Shown: one piece after another, positions 41,101 through 53,100 of the stretch
Layout: every line of letters starts with the position of its first letter
Position numbering within the stretch: position 1 is the first letter of the stretch
DNA from: Balanoglossus misakiensis
Lineage: Eukaryota > Animalia > Hemichordata
DNA length: 64,000 bases
Reading direction: 5' to 3'
Assembly: GCA_040954595.2 (NCBI GenBank)
Contig: CM082587.2
Coordinates: 7,987,705 to 8,051,704 of the forward strand
Position numbers and translations under genes: made by a program
The notes under the pieces: generated by a model
The model's database searches: none
Told to the model about the DNA's origin: nothing
The model's input: the letters and a program-made list of their open reading frames with translations, nothing else

Positions 41101-44100
41101 TCCGTTTATGATATGAAAATTGTCAGCATCCCACCTTTCTACACTGTGGTCAAAACTTTCAGTCCGCTGTTTCCATTATGTACAAGAAAACGCTTCATCT
41201 CAACAGTCATTGTATAATTAAATCTCAACACGATGGCCCTGGGCAGTTTTTTATTGATTTTTGTTAAATATTTGTTACTATTTCAGAAATAACAATCTCC
41301 CACCTACCTGATCTGATGTGTAGGCGACTAAAGTTGACATTATTTTACAATCATCATCCATATCAACATTTTCAGATTTTATTCGTCGAATTCTCCTGGT
41401 TCTGGCGGCAAGTAGGGATACCAACGTGGCTTCACTGGCGGTGCCCTAATTAAGGTGAAAAGTATCAAACTGTATTATTTTTTAAGGGACAAAGTCTCTC
41501 TCCTACTCCCTTTTTTCCTGTGAATTATGTTTGATACAAGACACCATTAATGAAATTCTACATGTGGGTGAATCAACGTTCGACCACACACAACTGCCAC
41601 CCTGTTTGTAGAATATGAGAGTAAAAATCTTGCCAAAATGAATAAACGGTAGAGACTGAGTATTCACTTTGGCGAGTTTGAGGGCAGCGAGAGGGAGTTG
41701 TTGTGAGGAGGGGAGGTTAAAAAGGGGATACAAAAATTGCATAATTTCCTCGTATTCCTTTATAACTGTCAACATCCTTCATTTGAATATATGTCGTCAC
41801 AATGTACGTCATCACTGACAAAGACCATCACCTGTATGACCCCGCCACCTTTTCCTCCTTCGCTGACAATGAAGTCTTTCGGCAGTTTCAGCATCTTGGC
41901 TAGCCAGTCCATCATGACGATCTCCAGTTCTGTACAGGCAGGACTAGCAGCCTGCGAAGAAAATAGTTAAACCAGTAACAGTTGTGTTCAATTACACGTA
42001 TTAATTATTAAGATTATGATTCATACACAAATAACTGTACGACGGGCACACAGAACATTTGCCTTATTCAGAAATGTCTATAGGATACACCAATGGCCTT
42101 TTGATTCATTGGAAATACATATGATTAGTATGAGATGGAGTAAGTGCGTGATTCAGTGGAGGCAAAATTGCAAAATGTGCAAACAATGGATATCTAATGG
42201 TCATCCAGTCACTAGTGCTTCCCATCTGTACTGCAATGACTGAGACCACTGAGGTCACATGGTAAAACAGTGACACTTGGCGCTTTTCCTCCACAATGCA
42301 CTAATTTGAAGCCATACACATTCATTTTTGTCTTTGATTTGAGCGAAAACGGGTTACTTGTGTATAACCATTATCCATTGACAATACTCTACTACCTCTA
42401 CCGGTACTGTCTATGGTATAACCAACCTTACAGGACACATATGCAAAAATCACCTAAGAACAGCGCCCTCGCCAAAGCTACGGCCACCTGTTGATCATGT
42501 ACTCACCCAGTTAAAACCAATGCAACCAATGGCATCGGATAAAATGTCAGCAATAATCGCTGGGAAAGAATTTCCAGTCGGGAAATAGGCATGGAAGTGA
42601 GGGTTGTGCCAGTGCGTCACCTAAAATATAAAATATAAAGGTTATACAGGAATTTCACTGTACATTTGTATTTAAGAGGTATAAATCTCTTCAAAGGTGA
42701 CAGTCTATTTTATGTCATACAATGAGTAAACGTCATTCATTGAGTGGTGTGCTGTGCGAGTAAATACACACAGAATTGCGCTCCAAATGTACTGTTTTAA
42801 TTATTGAACACTACGTCAATGCCAGGCTATGGCTATGCATCTCTATGCAAAGCCAACAATCTGAATAATAACCCATGTGATTCTGCAAAGACAGTATTAC
42901 CGGTATCATTATAGGCCTATAGTGTTCATGTTATCGTTAAATTATTTTGCCCAGAAGGCGATCACTCTGAAATTGCTCGCTGTTGCAACATGGCCGCTTA
43001 AGGTTCGATGACTGGTTGACAGGACAAGCGAATACTCTATTATTGATTTAATCATTTTGAATGCAATGTCGTATGTCTTGCAGTATTGTCGCTACATAAG
43101 ATGTACTTGTTGAATGTATATAAAACACTACCGATTATACACGAAGAAACAAGATGTATTACAGACAAAATCATGCCAAATTCCCCGTGCCTCCATCACG
43201 GCCCCATTTGGGAATAGAAACTTCCTACATGCTGCATTTTCTGAAAACGTACTTCAAATGAAAAACATCAAAAGCCGAGGAGTATCGGTAATCATCGAAC
43301 CTTGCTATATCGGATTTGTCATACAATTTCATCCCAAGTCTAAATTAGTCATTAAGATTCTTACTGTTACTATAGTGACGTGTACACTCGAACGATTCGA
43401 GTATTCGTTGAACTAATTTACTTAACGTGTATGTGCGTGCGTGCTCTGTTGAATGGCCATTACAAATCTGGGTTGCTGTCAAAATATCTTTCGTTTCGTT
43501 AGTGTCATTTTCCTTGCAGATAACATTAAAGATAAAATCCTCATTCAATTCAATATTGGCAGACAAAGGCATCCGTTCGTTAAATTCATATCGACGAGCC
43601 TGACATATGTATTTTATAACAAGAATGTCAAAACTTAAGAAATCTATACACATCCCTACGGCAGGTTGAGTACGTGGTGTATTGTCTAAATGTGGTGTCA
43701 TTTTATTATGACCCGTGCACGACTAAACAATGCCACAGCAACGATAAGCCGACCCACCACGCCGTAACCATGGCATTACCGCCAGCATATACACAGCTAT
43801 GAACGGAATATATTTCCTTTGTCCCCATGGTTACAATCAACGACTTCTGGTATTTGCGAAAAGCCATTATTAGCTCATAAAAGACATACTGTGTGTTTGA
43901 ATGACTGGGTGATGGGGCGGACGCACACAGTCTGAATGGGTGACGTCATCATTCATTGAGATGACCATAGAGCTACTCATGATGCCAACATTTCGTGCGC
44001 ATGAATCACAGCGACGCGGAAATATTGAAGATTTAATTTTAAATAGACCGGATTAATTATAAAGATTGCCAAGTCACGAATAAGTGGTAGATCAGCGGCG

Positions 44101-47100
44101 ACATAAACGTAATGGATTGATACAAGGGTCAACACAATCATAAAGTACTGAATGTTTACCAGAATACAGTGTACATACATATCCCCATTCAAAATATGAC
44201 TTTGAAGTATCGAACATTAGCACACTACGTTTTCTTTGACGAACTGTCAGTTCAATATCTTAACTCAAATACTCAGAGAGAAGCTAGCTTGAAACGGAAA
44301 TGGTCAATTAAATGGCGGAGCTAATTACTGTCGCATGATTGTTCTGACCTGGGATTGCTTTTATGCTAAATAACCAATATCACGCCAATTTGTGGAGATG
44401 GGATTACTAGCAACAATTTCTCTTATTAGGGGCACAAGCCTATCGGGCTTGTGCCCCTATTGGTATTGTTGGAATTTTTACGGGCCCAAGCCAAGCCAGG
44501 CTTGGGCCCGTATTGGTTTCGTTGGGGTTTTTACGGGCCCAAGCCAAGCCAGGCTTGGGCCCGTATTGGTTTCGTTGGGGTTTTTCTTTCTTTCTTTCTT
44601 TCTTTATTCTTGGTTCATTTCTTTCGCGCTCTAGATCTCAGACACCGCTGCAGGTACAGTTCTCAAACTTGCTACAGTGGTCAAGGTCAATGAGTAGATG
44701 TGCAGTGACTTGTGAATACTTAATTAGTCACGTGACATGGCGGCCATATTGGATTTTCTGAAAAAATGCAAATCTCAGATCTCAGAAACTACAAGTCAGA
44801 TCGACTTCAGATTTGGCGTGCTGGTAGTATACCCTCTGCCCATCATTTTTGTAATTGGATATTTTGCTGTCAATGTTGCAGTTTTTTTGCTACAGTTGTT
44901 TTTCTGAAATCTGGTCAAAATTTCAAAAATCTTCTTCTCCAGAACCGGCGATAACCGAGTCACGCCGTTTGGGGTATGTGGTCACCTAACTGATGTCTAT
45001 CAAGTTTGCGAAGATCATTGTGATTGGTCAAAGATTATGGCGGCCATATTGGATTTTCGTAAAACCCTAGTAAAACTTCAAAAATCTTCTTCTCAAGAAC
45101 CGGCGATAACCGAGTCACAAGATTTGGTGTGTGTGGTCATTAAACAGATGTCTATCAAGTTTGCGAAGAGGAATGTGATTGGTCGAAGATTATGGCGGCC
45201 ATATTGGATTTTGTGAAAAACGATTAAAAAGTAAAAATTCCCTTTCTAGCCTAAAAATTGATAGCACAGAAATTCTTTTTATGGATATGAATCATCATAT
45301 GACAAGAATAAGCTATGAATATTTTGGTAATTTTGGCAATGACCTTTGACCTACTTTTGACGCATGATTTTTCTGCATATCTAATTCCAGGCTAACCAAT
45401 AGGGCTATAAGTTTGGTTTTTGATGTATGTCGATTTGTATGTGATCCAAAAATTTTGCTACTTTTCATGACCCCTTTGACCTCTGCTGACCTCATTAAAT
45501 ATGTACATACCTAATTACAGATGAACCAATAGACCTAGAGGTTTTGTTTTTGTTATACATGGACCAGTATGGGGTCAAAATATTTTGCCCAAATGTTGGG
45601 TGACCTCAGGTGACCTTTGACCTACTTTTGCATATCTCGACATCCACAGCAGATACAGCCTTGGCGTTTGGAGGTATGGGGCCATAATGAAAAGCCAAAG
45701 TTTTGGGTCACCTGTGACACCTGCTTAACTCATTAATTATGTGCATACCTAATTATAGGCTAACCAAAAGGGCTAGAGGTCTGGTTTTTGTTGGACATGG
45801 ACCACTATGGATTAAAATTTTCTGCCCAAATGTTGGGTGACCTCTGGGTGACCTTTGACCTACTTAACACTTTATCAGCACCAAACATAGATATAACCTT
45901 GATATTTCATGGGATAGAACAGCATTATGTTTCTACTCATTAATTATGTGCATATCTAATATCAGATCAGATAATAGAGCTTGGGCCCGGACAATGCTGC
46001 TTGCAGCTTTAATTCTTTCTTTCTTTCTTTATTCTTGGTTCATTTCTTTCGCGCTCTAGATCTCAGACACCGCTGCAGGTACAGTTCTCAAACTTGCTAC
46101 AGTGGTCAAGGTCAATGAGTAGATGTGCAGTGACTTGTGAATACTTAATTAGTCACGTGACATGGCGGCCATATTGGATTTTCTGAAAAAATGCAAATCT
46201 CAGATCTCAGAAACTACAAGTCAGATCGACTTCAGATTTGGCGTGCTGGTAGTATACCCTCTGCCCATCATTTTTGTAATTGGATATTTTGCTGTCAATG
46301 TTGCAGTTTTTTTGCTACAGTTGTTTTTCTGAAATCTGGTCAAAATTTCAAAAATCTTCTTCTCCAGAACCGGCGATAACCGAGTCACGCCGTTTGGGTT
46401 ATGTGGTCACCTAACTGATGTCTATCAAGTTTGCGAAGATCATTGTGATTGGTCAAAGATTATGGCGGCCATATTGAATTTTCGAATAACCATAGTAAAA
46501 CTTAAAAAATCTTCTCCTCCAGAACGGGCGATAACCGAGTCACAAGATTTGGTGTGTGTGGTCATTAAACGGATGTCTATCAAGTTTGCGAAGGGGAATG
46601 TGATTGGTTGAAGATTATGGCGGCCATATTGGATTTTGTGAAAAACGATTAAAAAGTAAAAATTCCTTTTCTAGCCTAAAAATTGATAGCACAGAAATTC
46701 TTTTTATGGATATGAATCATCATATGACAAGAATAAGCTATAAATATTTTTGTAATTTTGGCAATGACCTTTGACCTACTTTTGACGAATCATTTTTCTG
46801 CATATCTAATTCCAGGCTAACCAATAGGGCTATAAGTTTGGTTTTTGATGTATGTGGATTTGTATGTGATCAAAACATTTTGCTACTTTTCATGACCCCT
46901 TTGACCTCTGGTGACCTCATTAAATATGCGCATACCTAATTAATGATGAACCAATAGACCTAGAGGTTTTGTTTTTGTTATACATGGACCAGTATGGGGT
47001 CAAAATATTTTTCCCAAATGTTGGGTGACCTCGGGTGACCTTTGACCTACTTAACACTATATTAGCATCAGATCAGATAATAGAGCTTGGGCCCGGACAA

Positions 47101-50100
47101 TGCTGCTTGCAGCTTTAATTACGGGCCCAAGCCAAGCCAGGCTTGGGCCCGTATTGGTTTCGTTGGGGTTTTTAGGGCCCAAGCCCAGCAGGCTTGGGCC
47201 CTATTGGTATTACTGGGGTTTTTCTTCTACTTCTTCTTCTTTTTCTTCTTCTGTCATTTTCTTTGGCGAGGTAGATCTGGAAAACTGCTAAACCTACCAA
47301 TTTCAAACTTGGCACAATGGTGCAGGCCAATGAGAGCTAGTGCAGTACCCTTGTGAATGTTTAATTAGTCACGTGACCCGATGACCATATATGGGCAAAA
47401 TTTTCAAATCCGCCTTATTTGCATATGAATGGAGATATCACAATTCTTTTAGCAACTTTTGCGGACCATGTGGTCAGTGTCCTACATGCCAAATGTCAAG
47501 GCCATTGGCCATGCCAATTTTGAGAAGAAGATTTTTAAGTATTATTTTCCATATTTTTTGACCAAGCCATGGGCCTATACTTTACATAGTAAAGCTATGA
47601 CCACATATTATTTTGGATAAATATGCATACATATCTCAAAATCTGTTAGGCCGATCATCTCCAACTTTGGTGTGCAGCAAGCCTAGCATTTGTCAATAAT
47701 TTTAAGCAGAAAAAAATAATATGAAAAATCGACAGATTTTTTTATATTAATTTGTTTATTAAATTTATACCTTTGCTTATACCTCTATGGTTAAGCTATG
47801 TCCATGTCTTATTGTGGAATTCTGGTCAGTGCGATAGTCCTGTACAGTGAGTGTCTATTGGTCAGTGAGCACAATGGCACCAAAATAAAAGGCAAAATTT
47901 TAGGCTCACCTGTAACACCTGCTTAACTCATTAATTATGTGCATACCTAATTCTGGGCTAACTAAGAGGGCTAGATGTTTCGTTCTTGTGGGACATGGAC
48001 CAGTATAGGGCCAACATTTCTTGCCCAAATTTGGGGTGAACTCAGGTGACCTTTGACCTACTTTCCTATATCTCGGCATCCAGAGCAGGTACAGACTTGG
48101 CGTTTGGAGGGTTGGGACTAAAGTTGAAAAGCCAAAATAGGGGTCACCTGTGACACCTGCATATCTCATTAATTATGTGCATACCTAATTCCAGGCTAAC
48201 CAATAGGGCTATAGGTTTTGTTTTTGTTGAACATGGACCAGTACAGGGTCAAAATTTCTTGCCCAAATTTTGCATGACCTCAGGTGACCTTTGACCTACT
48301 TTACCAGATCTTGGCATCGAGAGCAGGTACAGACTTGGCGTTTGGAGGGTTGGGACTAAAATTGAAAAGCCAAATTGGGGGGTCACCTGTGACACCTGCC
48401 TACCTCATTAATTATGTGCATACCTAATTCCAGGCTAACCAATAGGGCTATAGGTTTGGTTTTTGATGAACATGGACCAGTATAGGGTCAAAATTTCTCG
48501 CCCAAATTTTGCATGACCTCAGGTGACCTTTGACCTACTTTTCCATATCTTGGCATCCAGAGCAGATATGCTTATTGCTATGTTGCTATGTGCTATGTTG
48601 GCTTGGGCCCGCCATTGCTGCTTGCAGCTATATTTCTTTCTTTCTTTATTCTTGGTTCATTTCTTTCGCGCTCTAGATCTCAGACACCGCTGCAGGTACA
48701 GTTCTCAAACTTGCTACAGTGGTCAAGGTCAATGAGTAGATGTGCAGTGACTTGTGAATACTTAATTAGTCACGTGACATGGCGGCCATATTGGATTTTC
48801 TGAAAAAATGCAAATCTCAGATCTCAGAAACTACAAGTCAGATCGACTTCAGATTTGGCGTGCTGTTTGTATACCCTCTGCCCATCATTTTTGTAATTGG
48901 ATATTTTGCTGTCAATGTTGCAGTTTTTTTGCTACAGTTGTTTTTCTGAAATCTGGTCAAAATTTCAAAAATCTTCTTCTCCAGAACCGGCGATAACCGA
49001 GTCACGCCGTTTGGGTTATGTGGTCACCTAACTGATGTCTATCAAGTTTGCGAAGATCATTGTGATTGGTCAAAGATTATGGCGGCCATATTGAATTTTC
49101 GAAAAACCATAGTAAAACTTCAAAAATCTTCTCCTCCAGAACGGGCGATAACCGAGTCACAAGATTTGGTGTGTGTGGTCATTAAACGGATGTCTATCAA
49201 GTTTGCGAAGGGGAATGTGATTGGTTGAAGATTATGGCGGCCATATTGGATTTTGTGAAAAACGATTAAAAAGTAAAAATTCCTTTTCTAGCCTAAAAAT
49301 TGATAGCACAGAAATTATTTTTATGGATATGAATCATCATATGACAAGAATAAGCTATAAATATTTTTGTAATTTTGGCAATGACCTTTGACCTACTTTT
49401 GACGAATCATTTTTCTGCATATCTAATTCCAGGCTAACCAATAGGGCTATAAGTTTGGTTTTTGATGTATGTGGATTTGTATGTGATCAAAACATTTTGC
49501 TACTTTTCATGACCCCTTTGACCTCTGGTGACCTCATTAAATATGCGCATACCTAATTAATGATGAACCAATAGACCTAGAGGTTTTGTTTTTGTTATAC
49601 ATGGACCAGTATGGGGTCAAAATATTTTGCCCAAATGTTGGGTGACCTCGGGTGACCTTTGACCTACTTAACACTATATTAGCATCAGATCAGATAATAG
49701 AGCTTGGGCCCGGACAATGCTGCTTGCAGCTTTAATTCTTATTATTATTATTCTTCTTCTTCCGAGAAATATGTCATTGTACATCTGGAAAACCGCAGCA
49801 CCTAGGGGGCTGAAACTTGGTAGGGTGGTAGGGGCCAATGAGTAGATGTGCAGTGGCTCGTGAATATTTAATTAGTCACGTGACCTGGCGGCCATATTGG
49901 ATTTCCTGAAAATGGTTAAACGAGTCCTTCTCAAAAACCACTGGGCCTATCGAGTTCAAATTTGGTGTCCAGGTAGCCTACCTTCTGTCCATCATTTTAC
50001 CCCCTTGAAATCATGACGTCACACATAAAGTTTTTTTGCTACAATTTTTTTTCTGAAAAACTACTTAAAACTTTAAAAATCTTCTTCTCCAGAACCAGCG

Positions 50101-53100
50101 GTTACCGAGTCACGGGATTTGGGATATGTGGTCACCTAACCTATGTCTATCAAGTTTGCGAGGCGCACTGTGATTGGTCAATCATTATGGCGGCCATGTT
50201 GGATTTTCGGAAAACCATTGAAAAATGAAAATTCCGTTTAGTAGCCAAAATGTTGACATCACGTAAATTCTTTTTTTGGATATGAGTCATCATATGACCG
50301 GAAGTTGTCACAATTTTTCGGGGCAATTTTCACATGACCTTTGACCCAGTTTTAAAACAACTAATTATATATGCATATTCCCCATACCGTCTCTTGTAAA
50401 AGCACCACAGTCATGAATCTTGTGGACAGGGGTACCAATGCTGCCAGGACATTTCACAAATATTTTGGTAATTTTGGCAATGACCTTTGACCTATTTCTG
50501 ACACATCATTTTTCTGCATACCTAATTCCATGCTAACCAATAGGGCTAGAGATCTGGTATTGGTTTGACATGGTCCACTCTGGGGTCAAAATTTTATGCC
50601 CTAATTTTGGGTGACCTTGGGAGACCTTTGATCTACTTTTCCATATCTCAGCAACCAGAGCAGTTAGAGCCCTGGCTTTTATGGTTTAGCACATAATGGA
50701 GTCTTACACAAGACCTCATTAATTATGCGCATACCTAATTGCAGGCGAACCAATGGGGCTAGGGGTCTGGTTTTTTGTTGGATCTAGATTAGTATGGGAC
50801 CCAATTTTTTTGCCAAATTTTGGGGTGACCTCAGGTGACCTACTTTCCCATAACTTGGTATCCCCAGCAGATACAGCCTTGGCACTTGCTGGTCACCATG
50901 GGAACCGCTTGTGCCCCGCCAACGCTGCTTGCAGCTTTAATTTCTTTCTTGGACCTGGTAATTAGCTTAAATTCAATTATATTGATTATTGGACCTCATT
51001 TGAAGTCTTATTGTAATGCACATGTCACGATAATTCATTAACCGTGTACATTTCAAAACGCATAATTGTATGAGAGGAGGATGGGTGTACGGGGAAAGAA
51101 CATCGCTGTACAGAACACTTGATTTATTTTTGGTTGTGCACATTCAGAAACGTTTAATGTTTCTCACAGTAGGAACTTATAAATCTTTCTATATATTCTT
51201 TTGGCAATTTACTTATACTGTCAGTGTGATGCTGGAAAAAATTCGCTACTTTCCGTGGCTTCATCGCATTTCTATCATTTATTACCCAATGATTTGAATG
51301 TGCAACACACACAAAATGTTTCTACGTGCGAAAATGCCAACTTTTCAGTTAGAATTACTAAGCATGGCTAGGGGGCCGGGAAGTTAGCACCACTGTGGAA
51401 ATTCTTGTTTTTCCAAACATTGCCTGAGGACCATCGTCGCATAAAAAGAAACAGTGGGCGTTGTGGGTGGTTGTATCTACTTGTCAATGTATTTCAACAT
51501 CAAATACCCCGAAGTAGGAAAGTGGTTTATACTTCAGTCGCGTTTGATGAGTGCTCTAGGGGGGCCAATGATGGGGTGGGTCGCCACACAGTCTTTCTGC
51601 ATCACGTAGTTTTACTCTAACATACCCGAATCTTGGGTGATGTAGCTAAACTTCAGAAAACAATATCTGAGGGTAAACCCAGACGACCTAGGCATTAGAT
51701 GAAAAATTACAGACAGGATGCACTGCGAGAAAATGTTGCATTTAGATAGCAGACCAATAGAGAAAGACAGAATACAGCACTGACAGAGTACAGCCTATAT
51801 TATATGAAATATTATATGAAGCTGGGTGAAGGAGAAGAAAGCTCGCATGCATCCATCACCTCGCATCACCCCAACCGCTCCAACAAACAACACCACACCC
51901 ATCCACTCCGTGAGTCTGGGTTGCGTGTGATAAGGCACAACCTTGGGTGAGCTACTCGAGCGCATGTGTTTAGCGATTGTGGTATTCTATAACATTGCAT
52001 TGCGCAATTAAGTTTGATTAAATCAATGACGTCACATCTACAAAGGTAATGATAAATTACCGCTTATTGGGCTACAACATAAAACATAGTTATTAGCTCT
52101 ATGAATAGGGTCTGTATACAAACACACATCGCCCGACTTGGTTTACTAAATTATTTTATTATATTGGACATTCCCACGCTTTCATGCCTAGGTTATTAAT
52201 CTAAATCGTTGAACGTTTAAATTGAGATTTGGACCTGCAGCAATGCTAAAGTTCAGTAGAATTCCATGGAATCTATTTCCCACCCACTTCTCATTCGACT
52301 TAATGATTGCCGCCGGGCATCGTATATTACTGTGAAAATTCGCCTCATACTGTTGATGTCAAACATCGTTAAATTCACACCACTATAAATTTCACTTAAA
52401 GGTATACGGTCACCTCCAATTTACATACAGCCATATATAGTTGAAATGGCGTATTTGAGTGTTCTAAAGAACACTTTATTTTCGCGTGTGCCACCCACTG
52501 AAAATCTGTGATTGGTTAGATCTCAATTTACCATGGTAACTGTGGCTAAATTTGTATAGGTGACCGTATACCTTTAACTATCGAGCATTGTCATCGCACC
52601 ATAATTATACAATCAAATCAAATCAAAGTTGATGTTTCATGTTTGCATTGGCAGTCCTTCCAAATACCTCGCCACAGCATGGAATGATGTTTGCCCTATT
52701 ACCCAAATATTAAAACGGTTCTTCGGGGGGGGGGGGGGTAACTATAAATCTTTGAAGTTTAATCTGTTATTGAAACGATCCGGGCAAACATGTGTAACTT
52801 TCACGCTTGTAATGTACATCTAATAAGGCTGACTTGTTGAAGTTTCGCACAATTCTATGAAACCGGTGTTGAATATTGACAGCTGATCAGTAACTTCTCA
52901 CATGCACATACAAATGCTGTACCAATGCAGAATGTGGTAGGTTACGTGTTTAAAGATATCAATACAACTGTTCGATAGCAGTCAAGACTTAATCAATTAA
53001 ACAAGTTATGTAAGATACTTAAAGCCAATCATTGACCCTCTTCTTATAATACCGTTAAAGTCATATTTGTAGACGCATCCGTATTTATAGACGCGCCCCT

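Noticed and set aside
44430-44590. Repeated palindromic 30-50-bp units resembling a CRISPR array
   Set aside because: No unique spacers and no cas genes, and the context is eukaryotic; they are stacked heads of nested elements.
44392-51041. Recurrent short ORFs such as [10 protein letters not shown]... x3
   Set aside because: By-products of repeated non-coding TE bodies; no recognisable domain.
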